The notes under the pieces were generated by a model that saw nothing but the letters and a program-made list of their open reading frames with translations, did no database searches and was not told the DNA's origin. A stretch of DNA of 47,553 nt from a virus (lineage: Duplodnaviria; Heunggongvirae; Uroviricota; Caudoviricetes): IMG/VR virus record IMGVR_UViG_2939177367_000001. The stretch is one strand, 5' to 3'. Shown here in pieces: positions 1 through 8,772 of the stretch; position 1 is the stretch's first letter, and each line of letters starts with the position of its first letter. The position numbers and the translations under genes were made by a program.

Positions 1-1254
1 ATGCTGGAACAAATGGGCATTGCCGCGAAGCAAGCCTCGTATAAATTAGCGCAACTCTCCAGCCGCGAAAAAAATCGCGTGCTGGAAAAAATCGCCGATG
101 AACTGGAAGCACAAAGCGAAATCATCCTCAACGCTAACGCCCAGGATGTTGCTGACGCGCGAGCCAATGGCCTTAGCGAAGCGATGCTTGACCGTCTGGC
201 ACTGACGCCCGCACGGCTGAAAGGCATTGCCGACGATGTACGTCAGGTGTGCAACCTCGCCGATCCGGTGGGGCAGGTAATCGATGGCGGCGTACTGGAC
301 AGCGGCCTGCGTCTTGAGCGTCGTCGCGTACCGCTGGGGGTTATTGGCGTGATTTATGAAGCGCGCCCGAACGTGACGGTTGATGTCGCTTCGCTGTGCC
401 TGAAAACCGGTAATGCGGTGATCCTGCGCGGTGGCAAAGAAACGTGTCGCACTAACGCTGCAACGGTGGCGGTGATTCAGGACGCCCTGAAATCCTGCGG
501 CTTACCGGCGGGTGCCGTGCAGGCGATTGATAATCCTGACCGTGCGCTGGTCAGTGAAATGCTGCGTATGGATAAATACATCGACATGCTGATCCCGCGT
601 GGTGGCGCTGGTTTGCATAAACTGTGCCGTGAACAGTCGACAATCCCGGTGATCACAGGTGGTATAGGCGTATGCCATATTTACGTTGATGAAAGTGTAG
701 AGATCGCTGAAGCATTAAAAGTGATCGTCAACGCGAAAACTCAGCGTCCGAGCACATGTAATACGGTTGAAACGTTGCTGGTGAATAAAAACATCGCCGA
801 TAGCTTCCTGCCCGCATTAAGCAAACAAATGGCGGAAAGCGGCGTGACATTACACGCAGATGCAGCTGCACTGGCGCAGTTGCAGGCAGGCCCTGCGAAG
901 GTGGTTGCTGTTAAAGCCGAAGAGTATGACGATGAGTTTCTGTCATTAGATTTGAACGTCAAAATCGTCAGCGATCTTGACGATGCCATCGCCCATATTC
1001 GTGAACACGGCACACAACACTCCGATGCGATCCTGACCCGCGATATGCGCAACGCCCAGCGTTTTGTTAACGAAGTGGATTCGTCCGCTGTTTACGTTAA
1101 CGCCTCTACGCGTTTTACCGACGGCGGCCAGTTTGGTCTGGGTGCGGAAGTGGCGGTAAGCACACAAAAACTCCACGCGCGTGGCCCAATGGGGCTGGAA
1201 GCACTGACCACTTACAAGTGGATCGGCATTGGTGATTACACCATTCGTGCGTAA
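1..1254 (+). CDS. proA: gamma-glutamyl phosphate reductase (complete, 417 aa)
   Basis: Full-length ORF starting at window position 1; translation matches my recollection of E. coli ProA end to end. Confidence 0.95.
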
Positions 1255-1368
1255 ATAAAACCGGGTGATGCAAAAGTAGCCATTTGATTCACAAGGCCAT
1301 TGACGCATCGCCCGGTTAGTTTTAACCTTGTCCACCGTGATTCACGTTCGTGAACATGTCCTTTCAGG

Positions 1369-1444
1369 GCCGATATAGCTCAGTTGGTAGAGCAGCGCAT
1401 TCGTAATGCGAAGGTCGTAGGTTCGACTCCTATTATCGGCACCA
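1369..1444 (+). tRNA. thrW: tRNA-Thr, anticodon CGT at 1402-1404
   Basis: 76-nt sequence GCCGATATAGCTCAGTTGGTAGAGC...GGTTCGACTCCTATTATCGGCACCA with cloverleaf arms and CCA end; lies between proA and the integrase, the known P22-type attachment site. Confidence 0.9.
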
Positions 1445-1458
1445 TTAAAATCAATAAG

Positions 1459-2622
1459 TTACACATCATTAGTACCTTCCTTATTTTTTGACTGGGACAA
1501 ATTTGGGACCGATGGGTTCAGGATCGAGTCTATTTGCCGTGCGTGTTCGGTAAGGTGATTAGGTGCAAGGTGAGCATATCGACGAACCATTTCGATAGAC
1601 TCCCAGCCTCCCATTTCCTGTAACACTGACAACGGGACTCCGGCTTGAACCAGCCAACTTGCCCAGGTGTGTCTCAAGTCGTGAAATCTGAAATCATCAA
1701 TACCAGCCCGTCTCAGCGCCGCTTTCCAGGCTGTGTTTGCGTCATACCGCATCTTCCTTACTGTTGGCGCTTTCGTTCCGTCTGGTTTGGTACAGCTTTC
1801 CTTGTACACAAATACCCAACGGTGATGATTCCCGATTTGTTTTTTCAATACGCGACATGCAGTATCATTCAGCGCAACGCCAATTGCGCGGTTTGATTTA
1901 CTCTCTTCCGGGTTTATCCATGCCACCCGGCGCTGCATATCTATTTGTTGCCATTCAAGGTTGATGATGTTCGAGCGTCTTAAGCCTGTTGCCAGTGCAA
2001 ATTCAACAACAGACTTTAATGGCTCCGGACATTCATCAATCAGCCTTTGTGCTTCATGGGGCTCCAGCCAGCGGATCCGTTTATTCTTTGGTTGAGGCAC
2101 TTTAATAATTGGTGCCTTATCCAGCATTTTCCATTCACGCTCTGCGGCTCTTAGTAGGGCCTTTATAAATGAAAGATGCGTAGCCTTCGTTGCAACGGAC
2201 GCTGGTTTTGGCGTGTATTCTGGAACAGGTTTCCCTTTTTTTCTGCATGCTTCTGCCCTGAGTTTCCAGTTTTCCTCATGACGCCGGTTCGTCATTTTCT
2301 GCATTGCTGAATAAATTTTTGATTCAGTAATGTCTCTTAGTTGCATTCCTGCGAAATGTTGAAGCCAGAATCCGATCCGGCTTTTGTCATCGTCCAGTGA
2401 TTTTTTATGTGCTTTCTCTTCAAGCCACCTGACACAAGCTTCCTCGAACGTTATATCAGGTATTTCACCAAGTTTGCTGACCCGCCATGCTTCAGCCTTT
2501 AGCTTGTCATGGAGTTCTGTCGCCTGCCTTTTGTCCTTTGTTCCAAGAGACTGTTTAAATCTTTTACCGTTCGGCAATGTGAAACTGGCGTACCATATTT
2601 CACCTCTGCGGAAGAGTGACAT
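1459..2622 (-). CDS. int: tyrosine integrase, phage P22 Int-like (387 aa)
   Basis: N-terminus [21 protein letters not shown] and C-terminal [16 protein letters not shown]...VRRYAHL catalytic region match recalled P22 Int; sits beside thrW. Confidence 0.9.
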   Translation of the reverse strand: MSLFRRGEIWYASFTLPNGKRFKQSLGTKDKRQATELHDKLKAEAWRVSKLGEIPDITFEEACVRWLEEKAHKKSLDDDKSRIGFWLQHFAGMQLRDITESKIYSAMQKMTNRRHEENWKLRAEACRKKGKPVPEYTPKPASVATKATHLSFIKALLRAAEREWKMLDKAPIIKVPQPKNKRIRWLEPHEAQRLIDECPEPLKSVVEFALATGLRRSNIINLEWQQIDMQRRVAWINPEESKSNRAIGVALNDTACRVLKKQIGNHHRWVFVYKESCTKPDGTKAPTVRKMRYDANTAWKAALRRAGIDDFRFHDLRHTWASWLVQAGVPLSVLQEMGGWESIEMVRRYAHLAPNHLTEHARQIDSILNPSVPNLSQSKNKEGTNDV

Positions 2623-2849
2623 TTTCTTTCCTCTGTTATGCCATCACCCGCGCTCACCTGGACAGTATGCAGCGGAGACTGAAGAGCCGCAATGCAGGCT
2701 TGTCGTGTTGTGAGGTAAGGAGATTTATTCTTAGTGGGATCTTTGCGTGTTGCCTGAAGACGCCCTGTGCGTATCCAGTTAATGGCAGTCGGTCTGGATA
2801 TCTTGAGAAAATGACAGGCCTCATCGAGTGTGAGGCTGTATGGCTCCAT
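2499..2849 (-). CDS. xis: excisionase (AlpA/Xis-like HTH), about 116 aa
   Basis: Internal Met start [31 protein letters not shown] (HTH); overlaps the int start as in P22; start shares one base with the upstream stop. Confidence 0.6.
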   Translation of the reverse strand: MEPYSLTLDEACHFLKISRPTAINWIRTGRLQATRKDPTKNKSPYLTTRQACIAALQSPLHTVQVSAGDGITEERKCHSSAEVKYGTPVSHCRTVKDLNSLLEQRTKGRRQNSMTS

Positions 2850-3154
2850 TATTTCACCTCTTGTTGTGACATTGTTGAAAAATGGATACCAGCTCGTTGC
2901 TGCCAGACGATCCAACCGAGAGTCATATCCCATGCCATGTATTCGTTATCGCCGTTTTTTGCTCTCCGACGATCTACTAAGTCACCGAAACGCTTTTCCA
3001 TGAATAATTCATAAGCTTCGCGTTCATCTGGTTCTACTTCCAGAGATAGGAGTGCGATTTCATAAGCACGGCGCTCAATATCGTCTCGCACGTCAAGGCT
3101 GCTGATACGCTCTTTAATTTCTTTAATCAGTTCTTTGTCGGTAAAAGTGGTCAT
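2849..3154 (-). CDS. hypothetical early-left protein (101 aa)
   Basis: ORF with GGAG RBS 5 nt before ATG; acidic, protein-like composition; translationally coupled to neighbours. Confidence 0.5.
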   Translation of the reverse strand: MTTFTDKELIKEIKERISSLDVRDDIERRAYEIALLSLEVEPDEREAYELFMEKRFGDLVDRRRAKNGDNEYMAWDMTLGWIVWQQRAGIHFSTMSQQEVK

Positions 3155-3516
3155 TATGCTCCAGCCTCCGGTGCTTTTGGCATTACTGCCCAGTGAGTGA
3201 TATTGACGTTTTCAAGGTCCCCGACCTGAAATGTCCACTGCCATTCTCCGGTTTCTTTTTGTCCCCAGGTGTACCAGAGAGAACGCCAGCCAATTAGCCA
3301 GCCTTCTCCGTTAGCATCGAATAACAAAACACTTTCATTTGCTGGTGGCAGTTCAGTTGACACTGGTATTACTTTGTTTTCCTGTGCTGCACATTTAGCT
3401 TCAAGCGCATCGAATTTACGCACCAGGTATTCAGCATCCGTTTCATTCACTTTCAGATCTCGCGGTACACATCTCCCACGAAGAAACCCTTCCATTTCGA
3501 AAACATTCATGCGCAT
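3154..3516 (-). CDS. hypothetical early-left protein (Trp-rich, possibly DUF551-like)
   Basis: 120-aa ORF with GGAG RBS; family assignment is from memory of motif style only. Confidence 0.45.
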   Translation of the reverse strand: MRMNVFEMEGFLRGRCVPRDLKVNETDAEYLVRKFDALEAKCAAQENKVIPVSTELPPANESVLLFDANGEGWLIGWRSLWYTWGQKETGEWQWTFQVGDLENVNITHWAVMPKAPEAGA

Positions 3517-4043
3517 TTGCGTAACTCCGATAATTCGTTAAAGCGTTCCATAAACATCCCGTAGGCATGGCCTGGAGCCAGTGGAATCACGTTGAACATC
3601 TCTGTTGCCGGGATACCTTCCAGCACAGGCCAGAAAGAGCCATCATCAAGCCCGAGATCGCGGCGTTCGGTTGCCAGCATAATGAGATCGGCATATTTCA
3701 CTGGCGTGCTCATAACAGGAGGTAACCCGTATTTCTCACGGATTACGGCGTCTATTTTTTCTTCCATCCGTTTATAGTCAGGAAGAAGTCGTTTCAGTGG
3801 TGCGGGGATGTCCTGGCAATATGCTTCTGTTGCATCATGCATTAAAGCTTCAAAAGCAAATTCCTGCGGCACCAGCTGGCTGCAAAGCACCGCATGTTGG
3901 GCGACACTGTAGAAGTGTGAAAGATGTCCTGCAAAGCGACAGATATTTGAAAGGGAAACCGCGATATCGTTAATAACGATGTCGTCTTTATTTATCCTGT
4001 CATAATAAAAATGCTTCCCGGAAAAAGTTTTAATAAATGACAT
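3507..4043 (-). CDS. HD-domain phosphohydrolase (178 aa)
   Basis: Motifs H..H (FAGHLSHFYSVAQHA) and HDATE typical of HD superfamily metal-dependent hydrolases; GGAG RBS 7 nt before ATG (MSFIKTF). Confidence 0.7.
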   Translation of the reverse strand: MSFIKTFSGKHFYYDRINKDDIVINDIAVSLSNICRFAGHLSHFYSVAQHAVLCSQLVPQEFAFEALMHDATEAYCQDIPAPLKRLLPDYKRMEEKIDAVIREKYGLPPVMSTPVKYADLIMLATERRDLGLDDGSFWPVLEGIPATEMFNVIPLAPGHAYGMFMERFNELSELRKCA

Positions 4044-4099
4044 TTTGTTCTCCACGTATATGCGCTGCACCGCGCTGAATTCCGGTAAAAGGAAGCCCT

Positions 4100-4587
4100 C
4101 ACCGTCCGGCGATTATTGAGTCAATTACATTTCCATAAATGCCCCCGTAGGGGCGGTTAGTTTCTCCACAAAACAGAGAAGAACACCTGCGGTGGCAGCC
4201 GCCCGGATGGATTGGGTTATGAGCCCGTCGTCCGGTGATGCTCTTCTCTGTTTTGTAAAAAGGACGGTACCAGCCGGAAGCAAGGGTACAAGCTGGTACC
4301 GCCAAGACTACACACAGCATAAAGTTGTGGTGCCGGGTGCCTCCCGGTGCCTGGCGAAGGTTGCACACCAGGCGGGTGGGTATCCACAGAAGGTCGACTG
4401 TCAGCCTCAACCTTAACCCGCGTGCGCTGAGCCGCATTCACCACAACGCTAAGGATTCTCTCTGGTTGAAAATACTTAGCTGTTATGTGCCTGCTTTTAG
4501 CCACATCAGGCGAGGTGGACCTAGTTATTCCCCAACAACAAGGATTCGGTTAATCTGGTTATCCCCAACAACGCAAAAGGAAAAGAA
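4100..4587. ncRNA. GC-rich hairpin-dense noncoding island; candidate structured RNA or regulatory leader (unclassified)
   Basis: No protein-like ORF on either strand; GC content far above flanking genes; 15-bp perfect inverted repeat 4168-4182/4242-4256, 9-bp stem 4266-4274/4292-4300, CCCC/GGGG hairpin 4143-4153, direct repeats GTTAT(T)CCCCAACAAC at 4524 and 4558. Confidence 0.25.
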
Positions 4588-5022
4588 ATGTCCGGTAATA
4601 TCTATACGCTGTACAAATCCCACTGTGAAAATGTTGGAAAGTATCGGGGCATTGAAATCAGTGGGGTAGTGTCATCAGTCGAAATAAGCAAAGTTGAATC
4701 AAGGGCAACATTACTTACTCTTTTGGACCTTGTCTTACATGAGCACCGGAAGAAATTCGGCACTCCCTATAATCAGTTGAATGGGAAAAAGGCTCTGGTT
4801 CACCTTATTCTGATGAAGCATCACTGGATGCCAAAACAGATTAATGAGATGAAATTTGATGAACTTCTTCTTTCAATTCAGGATGAACTCACACTTGATA
4901 AAATAAGCGTAACCGCCCAGAAATTTTTAGATTATCGAGACTGGAGATCACAAATTCATCACTTTGATGATTTTGACGAAAATGAATGGGATCCTAATTT
5001 GTCTGCACAATATCTAAAGTAA
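4588..5022 (+). CDS. hypothetical protein (144 aa), AT-rich orphan gene antisense to the early-left operon
   Basis: Long ORF in AT-rich DNA (about 38% GC) with AAGGA RBS 9 nt upstream; converges on and overlaps the 3' end of the minus-strand gene 4994..5200. Confidence 0.55.
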   Translation: MSGNIYTLYKSHCENVGKYRGIEISGVVSSVEISKVESRATLLTLLDLVLHEHRKKFGTPYNQLNGKKALVHLILMKHHWMPKQINEMKFDELLLSIQDELTLDKISVTAQKFLDYRDWRSQIHHFDDFDENEWDPNLSAQYLK

Positions 5023-5200
5023 CATCCTGTGATAAAACCGTGATTTCCTGATCCAGTTTTTTTAAGGAGTCTATTGTTTCCTGTCGATAAGACAGCACTT
5101 CACGAAGCTGGTTTATAGCTGCCAGCTTCTTTGTCATCCACTCATAAATTTCCTCATCTGTGTAGCCAGGCGCGACGATTTTGGGTTCTGTTTTGTGCAT
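4994..5200 (-). CDS. hypothetical small protein (68 aa), first gene of leftward early operon
   Basis: ATG with GAGGAG RBS 7 nt upstream; coiled-coil-like composition. Confidence 0.45.
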   Translation of the reverse strand: MHKTEPKIVAPGYTDEEIYEWMTKKLAAINQLREVLSYRQETIDSLKKLDQEITVLSQDVTLDIVQTN

Positions 5201-5404
5201 TTCACATCTCCTCAAGTTATCAGTTACTTGTTGATGGGGACCAGATTGTTAAAGAGCTAAGCGTCCTGTAGGGCGCTTTTTTGTTGCTAACGAATCATCC
5301 TGGACTTCATATGCCCCAGGCGGCTACTTCGTGGGCGTCCTGCCTGTTCGTTGTTTCGCTTGGGTACATTATGTATCTCAAAGGTACATTGTCAAGTATA
5401 AAAA

Positions 5405-5428
5405 AACCTGCCGAAGCAGGTTCATAAA
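5405..5428 (-). terminator. rho-independent terminator downstream of repressor gene
   Basis: Hairpin AACCTGC-CGAA-GCAGGTT preceded on + strand by A7 (U-run on minus transcript), immediately 3' of the repressor stop. Confidence 0.5.
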
Positions 5429-5434
5429 CATTGA

Positions 5435-6109
5435 TTAGGCTTTGATTTTGTATCTTCTTGGTTTTCCTGAGAAAATCACTGTACCAATTATAGAGCAATT
5501 ACCGTTGATCTTAATGTAAGGCTCAGGCCAGTTTGGGTTTAACGCTTTGAGATAACGCTGTGTCCCATCTTCTATCAACCTTTTGAAGGTGGTTTCACCT
5601 GTATCGTGCATCAATGCAATAACGTCGTCACCGTGGCAGGCAGGTACTTCAGGATCGACAAAAATCATGTCTCCCGGGCGGTACTCATCAATCATTGAAT
5701 CACCTATCACCCGCAAGATATAAGTCATTTCCCCACAGGGTACAGGGCAGGGATACGTTTCTGCTGTGCTCAAATCAACCTCAGAATATCCAACTTCTTT
5801 CCATGCTCCGGCCTGTACCCATGATATGACAGGGACTAATGTGATTTGTTTATTAGTGATTGAAACATCAGGTTTTTTTGTGATGTTCGTTGTCTGGTGT
5901 TCTTGATCGAGCCATCCGACAGGCAGGTCGAAACATTTTTCGATGTGTCGTGCCATGCTGTCACCGATATTTTTAGTAGCACCATCTCCCATAAACCTGC
6001 TGGTCTGGGTTGGCTCGCGATCAATCATAGTGGCAAAGGAAGAATTCCCGCCAACACCATCTCTCAGTTTTCTGGCGTTAGACCGCCGGATGTCATGGAT
6101 TGTTTTCAT
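5435..6109 (-). CDS. prophage repressor, CI-like with C-terminal S24 (LexA-type) peptidase domain (224 aa)
   Basis: C-terminal VIGDSM...PGDMIFVDPE...KRL matches the S24 Ser/Lys autopeptidase fold; divergently oriented from a Cro-like gene. Confidence 0.85.
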   Translation of the reverse strand: MKTIHDIRRSNARKLRDGVGGNSSFATMIDREPTQTSRFMGDGATKNIGDSMARHIEKCFDLPVGWLDQEHQTTNITKKPDVSITNKQITLVPVISWVQAGAWKEVGYSEVDLSTAETYPCPVPCGEMTYILRVIGDSMIDEYRPGDMIFVDPEVPACHGDDVIALMHDTGETTFKRLIEDGTQRYLKALNPNWPEPYIKINGNCSIIGTVIFSGKPRRYKIKA

Positions 6110-6124
6110 AACGAAATTAAAACC

Positions 6125-6145
6125 CTTGTACCGTTAAGGTACAAG
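6125..6145. promoter_or_regulatory. operator-like perfect palindrome CTTGTACC-N5-GGTACAAG in the cI/cro intergenic region
   Basis: 8-bp perfect inverted arms; GTAC-containing half-site motifs recur downstream of cI at 5366-5395. Confidence 0.5.
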
Positions 6146-6172
6146 TATCTTGAAGGTTCATTTCAATCATGT

Positions 6173-6197
6173 AATATGTACACCGGAGGTACATATT
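6173..6197. promoter_or_regulatory. 9-bp inverted repeat AATATGTAC-N7-GTACATATT enclosing the cro RBS
   Basis: Perfect 9-bp arms; the spacer contains the GGAGG RBS of the Cro-like gene. Confidence 0.4.
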
Positions 6198-6199
6198 GT

Positions 6200-6400
6200 A
6201 TGAAAGCGTATTGGGACTCTTTAACCAAAGAACAGCAGGGCGAGTTGGCCGGAAAAGTTGGCTCAACACCTGGCTACTTACGGCTGGTTTTCAATGGCTA
6301 TAAAAAAGCCAGTTTTGTGCTGGCTAAAAAACTTGAGCAATGCACGTCAGGTGCAATTACGAAATCTGACTTAAGACCGGATATCTATCCGAAAGATTAG
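6200..6400 (+). CDS. Cro-like HTH regulator, YdaS family (66 aa)
   Basis: GGAGG RBS; C-terminal TSGAITKSDLRPDIY resembles the Rac YdaS Cro-like family; position opposite repressor. Confidence 0.7.
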   Translation: MKAYWDSLTKEQQGELAGKVGSTPGYLRLVFNGYKKASFVLAKKLEQCTSGAITKSDLRPDIYPKD

Positions 6401-6431
6401 CAGAACACTTTCAATTTTTAACCACAGAACG

Positions 6432-6995
6432 ATGAGGCTAATCGTGGGTAAGCATCACTGGAAAATAGAAAAACAGCCTGAGTGGTACGTGAAAGCTGTC
6501 AGAAAAACTATCGCGGCGTTGCCGGGTGGTTACGCTGAAGCGGCTGACTGGCTCGATGTAACAGAAAACGCTTTATTCAACCGCCTTCGTGCAGATGGCG
6601 ATCAGATTTTCCCGCTGGGATGGGCAATGGTTTTACAGCGTGCTGGTGGCACTCACTTCATTGCTGATGCTGTGGCGCAGTCTGCAAATGGCGTCTTTGT
6701 GTCTCTTCCTGACGTCGAGGATGTGGACAACGCCGATATCAACCAACGCCTGCTGGAGGTCATTGAACAGATCGGCAGTTATTCAAAACAGATTCGTTCA
6801 GCAATTGAAGACGGTGTAGTGGAACCGCATGAGAAGACAGCAATTAACGACGAGTTGTACCTCTCAATTTCGAAGCTGCAGGAGCATGCAGCACTGGTCT
6901 ACAAAATTTTTTGCATTTCAGAAAGTAATGACGCCCGCGAGTGTGCAGCTCCGGGCGCCGTGGCGTGTCGTGACTGTGGAGAAACTAACGCATGA
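6432..6995 (+). CDS. phage regulatory protein, possibly YdaT/CII-position family (187 aa)
   Basis: Gene immediately after the YdaS-like cro as in Rac ydaS-ydaT; family call is from synteny and weak recollection. Confidence 0.4.
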   Translation: MRLIVGKHHWKIEKQPEWYVKAVRKTIAALPGGYAEAADWLDVTENALFNRLRADGDQIFPLGWAMVLQRAGGTHFIADAVAQSANGVFVSLPDVEDVDNADINQRLLEVIEQIGSYSKQIRSAIEDGVVEPHEKTAINDELYLSISKLQEHAALVYKIFCISESNDARECAAPGAVACRDCGETNA

Positions 6996-7350
6996 ACAGT
7001 TTAACAACACACTACCGTCGCTCGCAACTGATTGCGCTTCCTGTACCGGGTGGAAAAGCGAAGGTGGAGTATTGCTATGCAGTGAATGTACCAGGTGACA
7101 GGGAAATTGTAACCCACAGCTTTGCAGAGTGGGCTGTGGGGGATTTCAACCGGCAGAAGGAGGCAGTCCTTTGCGACAAGTTAACCGCTGGTTCAAAGAT
7201 CACTACGGAGTGCCCGTCAGAGTCATTCGTTGGGAGCCGGAAACACAACGGGTTATCTACCTCCGTGAAGGCTATGAGCATGAGTGCTTCAGCCCGCTCG
7301 AACAGTTTCGTCGTAAATTCAGGGAAATAGAGGTCGGTCATGAGCACTAA
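6992..7350 (+). pseudogene. hypothetical gene with apparent frameshift (two protein-like half ORFs in different frames)
   Basis: Frame-2 ORF 6992..7330 is protein-like only in its N-half; frame-1 ORF 7129..7350 only in its C-half; a G5 run at 7138-7142 lies at the junction and one added G joins them into about 119 aa. Confidence 0.4.
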
Positions 7351-8281
7351 ATTAACCGGCTATGTATGGGATGGTTGCGCAGCGTCAGGCATGAAATTAT
7401 CCAGCGTGGCAATTATGGCCCGCCTGGCTGATTTCAGTAATGACGAAGGTGTGTGCTGGCCATCAATTGAAACCATTGCCCGCCAGATTGGCGCGGGGAT
7501 GAGTACCGTCAGAACGGCTATCGCACGGCTGGAAGCAGAAGGCTGGTTAACGCGTAAGGCGCGTCGCCAGGGTAACCGCAATGCGTCGAATGTTTATCAG
7601 CTTAACGTTGCGAAGCTTCAGGCAGCGGCATTTTCTCAACTGTCAGATTCTGACCCGTCAAAATCTGACGTATCAAAATCTGACCCGTCAAAATTTGATG
7701 CGTCGAAATCTGGCAAAAAAGCGGGTTTTCACCCGTCAGAATCTGGCGGGGATCCGTCAGTAAAATCAAAACATGATCCGTCAGATAAAAAACCTTCTCG
7801 TCCGGACGCTTCGCAACCGGACACGCAGACGGCTGAACAGGATTTTTTAACTCGCCATCCTGATGCGGTTGTATTCAGCCCTAAAAAGCGCCAGTGGGGA
7901 ACGCAGGATGATTTGACCTGCGCACAGTGGCTCTGGAAAAAAATCATTGCCCTGTACGAGCAGGCCGCCGAATGTGACGGCGAGGTGGTTCGTCCCAAAG
8001 AACCGAACTGGACAGCATGGGCAAACGAAATTCGCCTGATGTGTGTGCAGGATGGTCGTACTCACAAACAAATCTGCGAGATGTACAGCCGCGTCAGCCG
8101 CGATCCGTTCTGGTGCCGTAACGTGCTCAGCCCGTCGAAGTTGCGGGAAAAATGGGATGAGCTTTCCCTGCGCTTATCGCCGTCCGTCAGCACGCACACA
8201 GAAAAACGTGAAGACCCGTACTTCAAAGCCAGTTACGACAACGTGGACTACAGCCAGATCCCGGCAGGATTCAGGGGGTGA
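7340..8281 (+). CDS. replication initiator, lambda O-like (313 aa)
   Basis: N-terminal wHTH typical of O-like initiators; iterons embedded in the coding sequence as in lambda ori. Confidence 0.7.
   Translation: MSTKLTGYVWDGCAASGMKLSSVAIMARLADFSNDEGVCWPSIETIARQIGAGMSTVRTAIARLEAEGWLTRKARRQGNRNASNVYQLNVAKLQAAAFSQLSDSDPSKSDVSKSDPSKFDASKSGKKAGFHPSESGGDPSVKSKHDPSDKKPSRPDASQPDTQTAEQDFLTRHPDAVVFSPKKRQWGTQDDLTCAQWLWKKIIALYEQAAECDGEVVRPKEPNWTAWANEIRLMCVQDGRTHKQICEMYSRVSRDPFWCRNVLSPSKLREKWDELSLRLSPSVSTHTEKREDPYFKASYDNVDYSQIPAGFRG
7641..7790. repeat. origin iterons (about 6-7 copies of an 18-bp CCGTCA(A/G)AATCTGA-type unit) inside the O-like gene
   Basis: Tandem units visible in DNA; encode the repeated DPSKSD/VSKSD peptide. 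Confidence 0.6.
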
Positions 8282-8283
8282 TC

Positions 8284-8772
8284 ATGAGTCTTTTGAATGA
8301 CGTTCAGAAATTCATTGAAGCCCATCCGGGCTGTACTTCCGGAGACATTGCAGATGCTTTTGCTGGTTACTCACGGCAGCGCGTTCTGCAGTCAGCAAGC
8401 AAGTTACGTCAGAGTGGGCGTGTGGCTCACCGTTGTGAAGGAGATACACGCAGACATTTCCCGCGCCTGACTGAGAGAGCGCAGGAGCCGGAACCACAAT
8501 CTGTTCGTGAAACCAGACCTGTGCGCAATTTCTATGTCGGCACTAACGATCCCCGGGTGATTTTGTGCCTGACCCGCCAGGCTGAAGAGCTGGAGTCCAG
8601 GGGCTTATACCGTCGTGCTGCAACGGTGTGGATGGCGGCATTCCGTGAAAGTCACTCCCAGCCAGAACGAAACAACTTTCTGGCGCGTCGAGAGCGGTGC
8701 TTACGGAAAAGCAGCAAGCGCGCTGTATCGGGTGATGAATGGTATCTGTCAGGGAATTACGTGGGGGCTTAA
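8284..8772 (+). CDS. hypothetical protein with PerC-like C-terminal motif (about 162 aa)
   Basis: Motif GLYRRAATVWMAAF...RRERC resembles the PerC/Pch regulator signature (from memory). Confidence 0.4.
   Translation: MSLLNDVQKFIEAHPGCTSGDIADAFAGYSRQRVLQSASKLRQSGRVAHRCEGDTRRHFPRLTERAQEPEPQSVRETRPVRNFYVGTNDPRVILCLTRQAEELESRGLYRRAATVWMAAFRESHSQPERNNFLARRERCLRKSSKRAVSGDEWYLSGNYVGA

Noticed and set aside
4100-4587. Retron msr/msd or type III toxin-antitoxin RNA
   Set aside because: No reverse transcriptase ORF nearby, and no tandem array of 30-40-nt repeats; only two short direct repeats and several hairpins are present.
4099-4669. ORFs 4099..4437(-), 4192..4416(+), 4217..4504(-), 4325..4669(+)
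   Set aside because: Mutually overlapping in GC-rich DNA, with Arg/Pro/Cys-rich non-protein-like translations and no RBS; treated as non-coding.
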